Source: Octopus vulgaris
Lineage: Eukaryota
Reading direction: 5' to 3'
Assembly (NCBI GenBank): GCA_951406725.2
Contig: OX597833.1
Location: forward strand, 42,036,001-42,100,000
Length of the DNA stretch: 64,000 nt
In this document: positions 25,618 through 39,014 of the stretch, one piece after another
Position numbering within the stretch: position 1 is the first letter of the stretch
How the letters are laid out: each line of letters begins with the position of its first letter
Translations under genes and position numbers: made by a program
Notes under the pieces: model-generated
Databases searched by the model: none
The model's input: only the letters and a program-made list of their open reading frames with translations
What the model was told of the DNA's origin: nothing

Positions 25618-26260
25618 GGAGCTGTGTGGTAAGAAACTTACTTCCCAACCACAAGGTCCTGAGTTCAGTCCAACTGCGTGACCCCCTTGGGCAAATATCT
25701 TCTACTATAGCCTCAGGTCAAACAAAGCTTTGTGAATGGATTTGATAGACAGAAACTGAAAAGAATCCTATTGTAAACATGTGTGTGTGTGTGTGTGCTT
25801 GCATCCTCATAACAGTTTGGCAAAAGAGACTTATAGAATAAGTAGCAGACTTTAAAAGGAAGTAAGTACTGAGGTCGATTCATTCAACAAAAAATTCTTC
25901 AAGGTAGCACAAGTAAAAAATTCTTCAGGGTGCCACAAGTAAAAGATTCTTCAGGGTGGCACAAGTAAAAAATTCTTCAAGGTGGCACAAGTAAAAAATT
26001 CTTCAGGGTGGCGCAAGTAAAAATTCTTCAGGGTGGCACAAGTAAAAAATTCTTCAGGGTGGCACAAGTAAAAAATTCTTCAAGGTGGCACAAGTAAAAA
26101 ATTCTTCAAGGTGGCACAAGTAAAAAATTCTTCAGGGTGGCACAAGTAAAAAATTCTTCAGGGTGGCACAAGTAAAAAATTCTTCAGGGTGGCACAAGTA
26201 AAAAATTCTTCAAGGTGGCACAAGTAAAAAAATTCTTCAGGGTGGCACAAGTAAAAGATA
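25618..26260 (+). mobile_element. Family B SINE with an internal minisatellite expansion
   Basis: SINE head at 25618; tail acaagtaaaagata at about 26260. Confidence 0.75.
25907..26254. repeat. 26-bp minisatellite, about 13 copies
   Basis: Unit cacaagtaaaaaattcttcagggtgg. Confidence 0.93.
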
Positions 26261-26689
26261 AATGATAAAAGATTGTACAAAAATTATGTGAATAAATAGA
26301 TGATGCAGTTCTTCTGATACAGGAAAGCTTCCAACAAGAGCCAATCAAGGAACCCTGAAAATCCAGGATCACTCTGACCATCAGAGTAATGACCCTCACC
26401 TAACTGTTGTTCTTCAAGCTACAGGCACATCTTTAGAGTAGTTCCATTCACCCTAACCGTTTTTGCCTATGTCTCTCACCTTTTGACAAATTTGCTAGTT
26501 GAGAACACTTCCCTCTTTATCCACACTTTCTTTTCTGATTGGAACTTGAGGAAGTTAATAAGGGCTTGACTAAAGAGGTGTCTGAATTCAATCCCTTCAG
26601 CTTTGTCCACTACACAAGCTCTTTTACCATAACCACTACATGGAGAAATACTACCTGTCTGGTATATTGAAAGGCAGGTAATAGGATAC

Positions 26690-26900
26690 GTTAGCATGCC
26701 GGGCGAAATGCTTAGCAGTATTTCGTCTGCCGTTACGTTGTGAGTTCAAATTCCGCCGAGGTTGACTTTGCCTTTCATCCTTTCGGGGTCAATAAATTAA
26801 GTACCAGTTACGCACTGGGGTCGATATAATCGACTTAATACCTATGTCTGTCCTTGTTTGTCCCTTCTGTGTTTAGCCCCTTGTGGGTAATAAAGAAGTA
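26690..26900 (+). mobile_element. Family C SINE (Meta-domain-like)
   Basis: gagttcaaattcc B-box; gcctttcatcctttcggggtc.ataaattaagtaccag domain; tail gccccttgtgggtaataaagaa. Confidence 0.85.
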
Positions 26901-28239
26901 GGTGATAGGATAATCCTTTTGGTAGATTTGGTTGTTAACTGGATTTGTCCTTCACTCAACAACAACTTTTCAATATAATTTCATAAATCAGTAATGATCA
27001 GACACTACATGAGTGTATATAGAAATTTTGTCATTCTACATGTATCTCAGGCAATTCTGACCAGTGGAACTTCTGTGCCTGTAAAGTTTATCTTGAACTA
27101 GTTGTGCTCCTTGGTAACACTGCTAGGACTAAAGATTTCTGGAACTTACCCATAATAGACTCTGGACTGAGGGTCATCTGAAACTGACCAGCTAGTTTCC
27201 CCTTGTCAATATCTAGAATTTTCCTCAGAACATCATCACTCTTATTCACCCTGTAATGGAATGGTTACCGGAATGTAACAGTTATTGTCTATGCTGAAAA
27301 CAAAGATGGTGATGTTGACTCCAGCAAAAGAAAGATATTATCCGAAGTTGTAAATAACATATTTATTTCTCCATTACATATAATCATTTCCTAACCTTGA
27401 TGGCCAGGGGTGTATAAAATAAATCAGGTAAAAGAGAGTTGTATTTTCTTGTATGAGAGTGTATGGCTTTAAGTTTACATATTCTTGTCGCTCTAGCAAG
27501 AGGAATGAGATAGACAGAGTGATGTTTGTAAGAATGGCGCTAGTAAACAAGTGAGAGACAGGAGAGGGAAGATGTATGGTGAAACATCATAGCTGCCACT
27601 TGCCACACAGGATTGCTTTCTCTCTCCCTCTGTCTGGTCTGCCTGGAACTGCTTGTATTTATAAGTATGCAGACCAGCTACAAAAAGAGGTATACCATTG
27701 TAACTGTGATTAGCCTCCTGTTGGGTAACTTATTTTATTTATTTAAACTCTTTGTAGCCTAGAAGGGTTATGGATCAAGATGAAAATGCATCAATCAAAT
27801 GCTGACATGTCCATAGGTTGAACGAAATGATGTTGTCCCTTGACAGGACAATAAGGCTGTATAGTTAAGGAGAAATCTACTGATTCAGTTTCGAAACTCA
27901 GGCAGGGCAAAGCGAAGTCTCTACATTACTCCCCACAAGAGAGTTTCTAAGAAAAAGAAATGAATGATCTAGGAAAGAAATATGAGTAAAGGACAAAGCT
28001 CTCACAAAACATAGGACCTATGCAGCTGTATGCACAAAGAAAATGAAAAAAAAATGTATATACAGTTATACAGAAACAAATGAATATATGTCAAAAACTG
28101 ATAAAGCAGAAATGGAAAAAAATGCAACATTTTAGGACCAAAGAGAAAAATCAATGTTCAGAATTGTGTAATATGTCAGTGTGGATGGGTGTGATGCAAG
28201 GCTGAGGCAGTATGCTAGTGCAGTGATTACAAATACAGT

Positions 28240-28847
28240 TCTGAATATGCCAGTGAATGAACTGTGCAGAATATGCCAGTGACTGAGGTAGTGCTGAATA
28301 TGCCAGTGACTGAGGTAGTGCAGAATATGCCAGTAATTGAGGCAGTACAGAATATGCCAGTGACTGAGGCAGTACAGAATATGCCAGTGAATGAGGCAGT
28401 GCAGAATATGCCAGTGACTGAGGCAGTACAGAATATGCCAGTGACTGAGGCAGTACAGAATATGCCAGTGACTGAGGCAGTACAGAATATGCCAGTGAAT
28501 GAGGCAGTGCAGAATATGCCAGTGACTGAGGCAGTACAGAATATGCCAGTAACTGAGGCAATGCTGAATATGCCAGTGACTGAGGCAGTACAGAATATGC
28601 CAGTGACTGAGGCAGTACAGAATATGCCAGTGACTGAGGCAGTACAGAATATGCCAGTAACTGAGGCAATGCTGAATATGCCAGTGACTGAGGCAGTACA
28701 GAATATGCCAGTGACTGAGGCAGTACAGAATATGCCAGTGACTGAGGCAGTACAGAATATGCCAGTGACTGAGGCAGTACAGAATATGCCAGTGACTGAG
28801 GCAGTGCAGAATATGCCAGTGACTGAGGCAGTGCAGAATATTCCAGC
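28240..28847. repeat. 27-bp minisatellite, about 22 copies
   Basis: Unit cagaatatgccagtgactgaggcagta; open in four frames (for example QNMPVTEAV repeats). Confidence 0.96.
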
Positions 28848-29381
28848 TGATGCAAGAGGTGTTAAATGTCTTGAAATGAGCAGTAGCAAAAGTGTAGCAT
28901 GCTGGCATGTTGTAAAGGGCAAACAACTCCCTGCTTAAAATACGTGACAGATGAAGGGTCCAATAGAGGTAAGTTGTGTCTACAATGGCACAGAGAGCAT
29001 GAGAAAGAAGTGAGAAAGGCATGGTGTGGTGCATGAATGTGACAGTGTAAGCATGCAGGCATATGTCTGAAAATAAGAAATTTTTGTGAACAAAATATAA
29101 TATAGTCAAAACATATGAACAAGGAGAAAAGGGTCCTGAAAAGTGAAAATAAACCTGCATAAATGCAAAGCAAAATATTCAAACAATGGAAAAAACATGA
29201 ATGCATCAAGAAAAAGAATATGACAAATGCAATTTTGCTTATCTAAGCACAAACAAAACACAACTCATATTGCACATATTTTATACAGCAGATGGAGCAT
29301 TCAATATGAGTTCTTTCTATTGGTTTTGTTGACTCATCGGTCTATGATTACAATGATAATGACATTGAAGGTGGTGGTGGT

Positions 29382-29411
<30 letters not shown>

Positions 29412-29415
<4 letters not shown>

Positions 29416-29975
29416 GCCCTGATGCAGTACTAGGCAGTGGCTCTTGTGGCTTCTGATCTTAACTGATTGGAAGTGTTATCATGTACATTGTTCTGTCTTG
29501 GTAAAGAAGATGGGCTACTGCAAATATTCTGCTCAGTACCACAGATTTGCTTGTCAGTTGTTTGACCTTAACCAGTTGAGCATGTCCCTTTGTGGCTGAC
29601 GATATGTGCATCTCTGATCATGAGCAGAAGTATGGGGGGGGGGGGCATCATAGCTATGTGTTGAAAGAAATTCTTTGGGGTTTGGATAATACACCTTTGG
29701 AAACATGGGTGTTTCATTCAACATCCTTAAACAATCCCTATTCAGGGATTTTTTGAGCAGGATGGGCTACTTGACCTGAAGAAAATTTGAACTAGGTCCC
29801 ACCTGCAAGGTCATGCGCTATTTATCTTGATATGAAATCGCCATGTTGTGCACATATGGTTGTAATGCATGTGCCTGGTGTACCCTTATCAGATGGGTAG
29901 TCATAATGGGTATATTGGGCTTTGTATATTTTACTCCAGTGTCACTTTGATGGCACACACTGCTCTCTCACTCAA
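29412..29975. mobile_element. Unclassified repeat inside (AAT)n; inverted partial copy at about 34645-34940
   Basis: Shared blocks such as gcttgtcagttgtttgacc and catccttaaacaatccc match the 34.6-34.9 kb region in reverse complement; (AAT)n on both sides. Confidence 0.65.
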
Positions 29976-30272
29976 TAATAATAATAATAATAATGATAAT
30001 AAAAATACAATATACAGATGGACTGCAATGGGTTTACAATGAGCAAAAAGATGTCAACAAAAATAAAAGATAACAATAAAAAAAATACAACAAAATTTCA
30101 AGAAAATTTGGCAGAAACCACACACAAAGTCTCACATTATTCTACCATATCCAAGGCATCAAAAGTACTCTTTCCTTCAACTTAGAAAATCAGTCAGACT
30201 TTTTCAGCTTCGCCAGTCTTACCACTCTTATCCATACCATATTCCAATAAACATAATAAAACACCACACCTT

Positions 30273-30313
<41 letters not shown>

Positions 30314-30899
30314 TTCTCCTTTCACTGCCTTGTCAATTAGGCACTTGGGGAAGATAATGGGAGCTAGGTAACAAAAGAAAATACCAATCTTCAAACCTTT
30401 TATCTGAATCTTCCACATAACCTGTTTTACCATATCCACTAGGCAGAGAAAGAGAAGTCTCCATTCCCTGCCAAAAAAAGGTGGGGTGTAAATTTTCACT
30501 CCAGATTTAGTGGACAGTCAGATTCGTCCCACATGTGACAGTAGCTGTGACACATGCCCACAAGTTGTTAATGCACAGACACTGAGCAAAGGTATGAAGG
30601 AGACATTCCTTCCTCTGCATGCATGTCAGACAAGTTCAATTGTTGGGCCTTCCATGCCTATATAGCTTATATTGAACAGGTAATCCCCTTCCTCCCCTGT
30701 AACACTAAGTCAAGGATTTTTGGAAGTTGTCTCTGACCTGAAAGTATGTCTGGAAAAACTGCTCAGACTTTCCTCATTGACACTCAGAGTCACTCCCAGA
30801 ACATACTCTCTAGTAGTCTTCTAAAGATATCAAGAATTATTTTCCAGTTGATGGCATTGTCTAACTGGTAGAGAGCTGAGAAAGCCTGGTTTCAATCTA

Positions 30900-32187
30900 T
30901 AAGGTCATCCCATAAGTTCTGTCCGAATTTTGAATAAAGATTACAAGTGATCAAATGCTATATTTAATTGAAATTTAATCATTAATGTACTTTCCCTGAT
31001 TATCTATGACTTCCTTCCATCTATTTACAAGCTTTTTAATCCAATCAATGTAAAACTCTTTTGGTTTCAAAGCAAAGAACTCTGAAATGTTAGTTTCGAC
31101 CTCCTCCTGGCTTGCGAAAGTTATGTCCCCCAAATGATTCTGTAAACTACAAAACAAATGGTAGTCTGAAGGAGCAAGGTCAGGAGAATAAGGTGGATGA
31201 GGAATTTTTCCTCAACCAAGCTCTTCAATCTTCTGTGATGTGATCTTTGCAGTATGGGGTCACGCATTGCCCTAATGAAACATTACTCCTTTTCGATTCA
31301 CTAAAGTGGGTCTTTTTTCTTCAAAGCTTGTTTCAAACGCTTTAATTGCTGACAGTAGACTTCAGCATTGATTGTTGCATTAGATGGTAACAATTGAAAG
31401 TGAATTACTCCTTTGCAATCCCACCAGATAGAGAGAAGAGCTTTTTTTCCATGAAGTTCCCTTCTTGGTTGTGATTGAGTTTTTTCCATTTTACCAAGCC
31501 ACTGTTTACGACATTTAATATTACGATAGAAGATCCATTTTTCTTCACCAGTCACAAGGCTATCCAAAAAGGGTGAACTGAGTTCGCGAGAATGGAGAGA
31601 AGAGCAGATGTCAACTCGATGATTTGCAGTTGCTTTCAAACAATTCATGAGGCACCCATTTTCCAAGTTTAGGAACCTTTCCAAGTTGTTGAAGATGACG
31701 ATGAATAGTTGTATGGTTTGAACTAAGCTTTATTGCCAATTCTTCAACTGATAATGCAGGATTTTCTTCAAGTAATGCCTCAAGGAGCTTATCATCAAAC
31801 TCAATTGGACATCCTGTTCTATCTTCATCTTCAAGGCTGAAATCTCCACTTCTGAATTTTGCAAACCATCTTCTGCAAGTTCTTTCATTCAAACATTCTT
31901 TCCCATAAACTGAGTGTATGTTTTAAGTCGCTTCGGCTGCAGAATTTCCTTTTTTATACTCATAAAGCATTATGCGCCTTAAATGCTCTTTGGATACTTC
32001 CATGTTAAAAAGGGTTTTAATCAAAGAAATTTTTATTCTATTATTCCGTAAAATAATATTTAATTAGTTTAAATGTACACTAATGCTTAAAAATTATTTT
32101 AAATTTCATTAGACATTCTAAAATACTATTAAATTTCTTTCAATTCTAAAAAAGGTAAAATTGGACAGAACTTATGGGATGACCTGA
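30900..32187 (-). mobile_element. Full-length (1288 bp) inactive mariner transposon
   Basis: Inverted repeats aggtcatcccataagttctgtcc; TA duplications at 30898-99 and 32188-89; MEVSKEHLR start, WVPHEL, VTGEEKW (catalytic D changed to E), YSPDLAPSDY; stops and frameshifts. Confidence 0.95.
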
Positions 32188-32279
32188 TACAAAATTTTGT
32201 TTAAAAGATTGGTACCAGGCTGCCAGCACTTATCACACAGGTGCATGAGAGGAGTGAGTGTAATGTATCAGTGTCTTGC

Positions 32280-32459
32280 AAAGACCCACTACACTTTCAG
32301 GGTGGTTGGTGTTAAGAAGGGCATCCAGCTGTAGAAACACTACCAGATCAGATTGGGGCCTGGTGCAGCCTTCTGGCTTCCCAGACCCCAGTCGAACCGT
32401 CAAACCCATGCCAGCATGGAAAACGGACGTTAAACAATGATGATGAAGATGATGATGAT
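32280..32459 (+). mobile_element. Family A retroposon, truncated
   Basis: Core and GAT tail. Confidence 0.8.
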
Positions 32460-33036
32460 CTTTTAGCTTTTATGTGGTTCAGTCATTGGAATACAGCCAT
32501 ACTGAAGCACTACATTGAAGAGTTTCACTTAATATATAAATATAGAAAATCAATTTACATTAACTATAGTGATCCCTAGTTAATCACCCTTAGTCCCACC
32601 TTTGCTACCATCAGACAGACTTAAACTATACTTCTATTGTAACAATCAATAATGCAACAAATTGTCAGAATGCCACACACCACAGTATGTGATATCTCCT
32701 AAACAGAATTTAATGATTGAATCATAAAATAAACAAATGAACAAATAAAGAGAGTCAGATTAGATTAATTGCCATGCAAAATACACAAGTAGCTAGATTT
32801 TCTGCATTTTAAATAAGTACTGATTATACAGAGGTGAGAAGATGATAAATATAATTAGATATTGTACTTTATAGATTACTGTAGATAGAGTAGTTAGATG
32901 AAGTGGAGAAATTGCTATGATTAATTAGTCTCTATGCCTGTTGTTGTGACTGAATACTTTAGACATAAGTATGTGATTGTTAGCATCTTTTCCTCTTTAT
33001 TAATTACATAACATCCATGCAATAAGATAATATTAA

Positions 33037-33785
33037 TAAATGCACCCTTCTAAAGCCTAACCAGGCTCATGGGCCTGGTTTCCTGGTTTCTATGGCGTAT
33101 GTGTTCCCCAGCTGGACGGGACACCAGTCTATCACAGCGATACTCATTTTTGCCAGCTGAGTGGACTGGAGCAACGTGAAATGAAGTGTTTTGCTCAAGA
33201 ACACAATGTGTCACCCAGTTCAGGAATCGAAACCACAATCTTATGATCATGGTGCTGACACCCTAACCACTAAGCCATGCGCCTACACTAAATGCACCCT
33301 TTTAAAACCTAGCCAGGCTCATGGGCCCGGTTTCCCGGTTTCTATGGCATATGTATTCCCCAGCTGGACGGGATGCCAGTCCATCACAGCGTTACTCATT
33401 TTTGTCAGCTGAGTGGACTGGAGCAACTTGAAATGAAGTGTTTTGCTCAAGGACACAATCTGTCACCCAGTCCAGGAATCGAAACCACAATCTTATGATC
33501 ATGGTGCTGACACTCTAACCACTAAGCCACGCGCCTACACTAAATGCACCCTTTTAAAGCCTAGCCAGGCTCATGGGCCTGGTTTCAATGGCGTATGTGT
33601 TCCCCAGCTGGACGGGATGCCAGTCCATCGCAGCATTACTCATTTTTGCCAGCTGAGTGGACCGGAGCATCGTGAAATGAAGTGTTTTGCTCAAGAACAC
33701 AACGCGTCGCCCTGTCCATGAATTGAAACCACAATCTTATGATCATGGTGCTGACACCCTAACCACTAAGCCACACACCTCCACA
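33037..33785 (-). mobile_element. Head-to-tail triplet of a family D SINE (about 250-bp unit)
   Basis: taaatgcaccc starts at 33037, 33288 and 33541; each unit has a tRNA-like head tggcttagtggttagggtg. Confidence 0.9.
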
Positions 33786-34128
33786 TGCAATAAGATACTG
33801 ACTTACAAATACTGATTTCTTACATAGGTACTTGGCCTCAAATTGAGGGACAGGTATAATTGATTATATTAACTCCAGTACTTCATTAATGGTTTATTTT
33901 ATCAACCCGCAAAGGGATAAAAGGCAACATTCACTCTGGTGTAAAAGGCTATATTGAACTCAAAACGTAAAAGGCTATATTGAAATACTGATCTTACAAT
34001 CTAGCATTTACCATTATTCATAATAATAATAATAATCCTTTCACTATAGGCACAAAGCCTGAAATTTTGGGAGAAGGGGCTAGTCAATTGCATTGACCCC
34101 CAGTGCTTGACTGGTACTTATTTTGTTG

Positions 34129-34425
34129 TGGAGGCACATGGCCTAGTGGTTAGAGTAGTAGACTCGCGGTCGAGGGATCGCGAGTTTGAATCTCAGTCCG
34201 GGCAATGTGTGTGTTTATGAGCGAAACACCTAAGCTCGACGCGGCTCCGGCAGAAGGTAATGGTGAACCTCTGCTGACTCTTTCACCACAACTTTTTCTC
34301 TCTCTTACCTCCTGCATCTTGCAGCTCACCTGCGATGGACCGGCGTCCTGTCCAGGTGGAGAACCTATACGCCACAGAAACCAGGAAACCGGCCCTAATA
34401 AAACAGGCATAGCTCGAGAAGGAAC
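34129..34425 (+). mobile_element. Family D SINE nested in a family C SINE
   Basis: ggaggcacatggcctagtggttag head; host SINE halves with acttattt on both sides. Confidence 0.75.
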
Positions 34426-35179
34426 TTATTTCATTCACCTGCAAAAGGACGAAAGGCAAAATTGGTGGAATTGGAACATAAATGTAGAAGAAATGCCATT
34501 AAGTATTTTGTCCAGAATGCTAATGATTCTACCAGTTCATTGCCTTAAATGGTTTCAAATTTTGGCACAAGGTCAGTAACTTTTGAGGGGAGGTGGAAGG
34601 TCGATTACATCAGAAGTATGAAATGATACTAAGCAGTTTGTCTAGGTGGGGGCCCAGTTAGAATTTTCTTTAGGTCAGCTAGCCCATCCTGTTCAAAAGT
34701 TCCTGAATAAGGATTGTTTAAAAATGATAAACAAAATGTCCATGTTTCCAGGGGTGAATTGTTCAAACCCCAAAGAATCCCTCTTAACACATGGTTATGA
34801 TGCTCACCCAGTACTTCTATTCGTCATAAGAGATGCACATACTATCAGCTACTAAGGGACATGTTCAAATGGTTATGGTCAAGCAGCTGACAAGCAAATC
34901 TATGGTACTGAGTAGACCATTTAATGTAGCCCGTCTTTTACAATTATTATTATTATTTTTTACTTTTAATCTGCATGCTTGTTACAATCACTTGCTGAGA
35001 TACACTCAGAATCCTGGGGTGAGTGAAGGATAAGAGATGTTACAGTTTGACTGAAAGCTTGGGGAGGGAAAGTGACAAGGGCAGTAGCAAAATATCTTCA
35101 TGTAATAAAACACAGACATTTAAATGGATAGGGTTTTTCTAAGGATGTGGGCAGTACTTGTCAGCACAATCTTTTGGAT

Positions 35180-35720
35180 TTCTCTGAGACATGGTTCTCC
35201 TGGGATCTTATCTAGATGTTTCTGACTTCCCTTTTTATCATTCCTAGGGCACCTACAATAACAGGAACAGTTCTCACTTTAAGATGCCACATCTATTGTA
35301 TTTCAATTTCTAGGCCCTTATATTTACTTAATTTGTCAGATTCCTTTACAGATATATTTTTATCAGTGGAAGCACTTCCATCTATTAGTCTACAAATGTT
35401 TTCTTCCCTGTCTTTAATAATTATGTCTGGGCGATTAGCCTGGATCATTCTGTCAGTGTTGACTGGAAAATCTCAGAGGATAGTGATATTTTAACCTTCA
35501 ACAACTGGCTTGGGGTGATGTTCATACTAGTAAGCAAGAGTGCTGATTTTGTTGTGTTTACGTATTTTCCAATATAAATACTGTCCTACCCTAATATGGT
35601 GATTTTTGTATTCATTTGATGTCAGCACAGGATATCCTGAGACAAGATGGTCTATTATTTTGTCAAATGTGTTGCAGAATCTGCATTTAGAGTCACAACC
35701 GTTTTGACTGCTGCTATAGA
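35180..35720 (-). mobile_element. Dong/R4-type LINE fragment
   Basis: CRFCNTFDKIIDHLVSG; QANRPDII; KLSKYKGLEIEI; VPVIVGALG. Confidence 0.82.
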
Positions 35721-35919
35721 AGATGACCCTGTGGTCTGACGACAGTTCAGGACCTTTAACCTGTGTTTTAAATAATTGTAATCGCACTTCTGCCCCTGGA
35801 CTGTGATATATTTACCTAACTATAATACATGCACACACACACACACATACACATGCACTCATATATTTTATATATATAGAGGGGGGAGAGGGGGAGATAC
35901 ACATGCATATACACCTGTC

Positions 35920-36075
35920 TAGTTAAAAGTTTGCTACCCAGCCATATGGCTCTGGGTTTAGTCTCACAGTGTAGTACCATGGGCAAGTTTTCTTCTACTA
36001 TAGCCTCAGACCAACCAAAGACTTGTGAACTGATTTGGTAGACAGAAATTGAAAGAAGCCCATTGTATATGTGCA

Positions 36076-36109
<34 letters not shown>

Positions 36110-36182
36110 TGTGCATGTGTGTGTGTGAGTGTTTGCATGTGTGCGTGTGTGTGTACGTGTGTGTGCATATGTGTGTGTGTGT

Positions 36183-36213
<31 letters not shown>

Positions 36214-36440
36214 CGTATGTGCGTGCGTGTGTGTGTGTGTCTTTGTGTTTGTGTTTATCCCCCACTGCCATATGACAACTTGTGTTGGTGTGTGTATATT
36301 CCCATAACTTAATGGTTCAGGAAAAGAGACCAATAGAGACCAGGCTTAAAAAATATATCCTGGGATCAATTCATTTTACTAAAATTCTTCAAGGCTGTGC
36401 CCCAGCATGGCAGCAGTATAACGACTGAAACAAGTAAATT
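35920..36440 (+). mobile_element. Family B SINE, diverged, with an expanded (TG)n
   Basis: Body and tail motifs as in other family B copies. Confidence 0.75.
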
Positions 36441-36689
36441 ATAAAAGATATATATATATATCAGCATGCATACACACATATATACATACAAATATACATC
36501 AGAACTGAAAATGATTGTATAGTAGATTTGGAAATCTGAAGGTTGCTTGTACATGGTTTTATTCATTATGGAGTAATTTGTGTCACAAAATACTTTTGTT
36601 CAGCCACAAGAAGTCAAGGATGATTGAAGGTAGCAGTCTACCATAGCCTGTCTCAACAAGCTTTGGACTTTAAATGATGAGGATGATGA

Positions 36690-36880
36690 TGTATGTATGT
36701 GTATGAATGTGTCTGTATTTATGTGTGTGTATGTGAATGTATGCATGCATGTATGTATGTATGTATGTATGTATGTATGTATGTATGTATGTATGTATGT
36801 ATGTATGTATGTATGTATGTATGTATGTATGTATGTATGTGTGTGAGTGTGTATGTATGTAGGTATGCATGTATGTGTAT
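36690..36880. repeat. (TATG)n microsatellite
   Basis: Directly visible. Confidence 0.95.
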
Positions 36881-39014
36881 TGTATTATATGCCTCTACCC
36901 TGACCACCCACCCACTCCAAACCTTTGTAACCCCCACTTATTCTCACCACTCCCAATGTCCCAAGACATCACCATCTCTCTCACCATTGCTGTCTTTACC
37001 TTACTCACTGACTCACCCTCTCTCTTTATCTTACTCTCTAACCTATCTTCCTTTCTATTTCACCTGGAGTATTCATGTACTTGGTTTGTTTGTTTTTTTG
37101 CTTCCTTGCATTTAACATCAGTGTGGTGCTTATTCGTTATATGCATGCATTGGATCATCCTGTAACTAACGTGGTTTTATTTAGTTGCATGACCTAAAAG
37201 TTGAAGGGGGACAGGGAGGTCAGAACAGTACTGGAGGAGCATTTTTTTGTCATGGACAAGTGAATTTTGGAAGTGGGGCCTTGCAAGTCTACCAGATAGG
37301 TGGGAGAGCATTGTAGATAATGAAGGAGAGTATATTAAAAAAGAACTTTTTTCTCTTAATTTTGCAAATGCCTCACAGGATTAAATAGAAGCTCCTGCAA
37401 CAAACTAGGCCATACCTCAATGGGAGCAGGTGATGCAAACTTTGTTTCACTTATAGGGCAAAGAACCTCAAAAGTTCCCTTGGTGTATGTACCTCTTAAA
37501 TTCAAAAAGTGAAATTTCTAATCAGTGCCCTCATGATAGAAAATTTGTGTTGGAAATGTGGGCTTTCTCACTTGCTGACTAGTGAATGGAAAATACCCAT
37601 AAACAGACCCTTTTTGAACACAACTAGAACCATTTAAAAGAAGTTAACTCTATCTCTCTCAGAAAGAGTTTTTGATTCCAAGCTGACCAAGCTGACCAAG
37701 ACTGTATCTTTACCTCCATTAGTAATGAAATTATGTGCCTCTGGCTACCAGGTTGATGGGTCACCTATATTACTAAGTGTAATAATAGACATGAAGTCAG
37801 CAGTAATTTTGTTGTATATGTAAATAGGTGTATCTGTACGTGTCTGTGTCTGTGTGTGTACATATATGTTTGTATCTGAATAAGTGTGTGTGAGTATGTA
37901 ATATATATGTATGTATGTATGTATGTATATGTGTGTATGTATGTACATTGGTAGATCAAAAACCGGTTAATTATTATTTATGTACATTATTGCTAGGGTA
38001 ATCCACAATTTAACTTTCAAAACATGCAATTATCTTTGTATACAAAATTATATCTTCATGGAAGTTACTTCCCACTTGTCATTGGTACAATGCAGCCAAA
38101 CAGAAGTGGGAGTAAAAGACTACAAGATATTAACCTATTTTTTAGTCATATATATATATATATTTTTTCAAGTAATATTTAATCTACCGAGGTCAACTTT
38201 GTCTTTCTTCCCTCCACTAGTCAATAAAATAAAGCATAAGTTAAATACTGGGGCTAATGAAATTAGTCATCCTTTCTCTCCAAATATATGGTTTTGTGTC
38301 TATGCCAGACATCAATATTTCTGTTAGTAATGGTAGTGATAAAGTAAATAAAAGTAGGGTACTGGACTCAATGGAAAAGGCTGTTGTCTCCCTTTTTCTC
38401 AGAGTTTTAGGAATTATTATTTACTTCAAGGAAGGTGGGACTGGGTCAGTGAAGATGCTGACGACCACTCGGTTCAAAGTCTCTCTTGACCAGAAATGGC
38501 CTGAACTCTTTGCATGAACACCACCCTGTACATAATTCCATGTCCCTCTACATGGCCTTGCTTTTTGCTTTTTGAGCCAAAAAATTAACTTAACTTAACT
38601 TATATCACTGAATTATCATACCAATAGGAGAAATCATTATAAACAGCAGTGGATTGGTAAAATTATTAGAATACTCAAACACCTTGTTATATTTAGTGAC
38701 ATGCCTTTATGTTCTGAGTTCAAATCTTGCTGGAATCAGCCTTACCTTATATTCTCTCTAGGATCAATTTGGAAAACTCCTACCAAGTTCTGTGGTTCAA
38801 TTTAATTGAACATTTCTTCCCTCTAAATTTATTCTAATTCTATTAATAATTATTGTATCTATGCCATTAGGAAATGCCTGAACCCCACAACTTCTGTTTA
38901 CTCTAAAAATATAGGTTTCCTATGTCTAGTTTTGTTAGTGGACTTTTAAGATCAGTCAATGTCTATATCCAAATAGTTTGTCATGTACTGACTTATTGTA
39001 TATAACACCAAGTT

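Noticed and set aside
27269-27293. Possible 25-nt minus-strand micro-exon (ttttcag|...|gtaacc)
   Set aside because: Not a multiple of 3 and has TAG in the required phase.
28132-29160. 342-aa His/Cys/Trp-rich ORF and the overlapping 224-234-aa ORFs as real genes
   Set aside because: They arise from a 27-bp unit with no stops in four frames; no convincing splice sites or domain.
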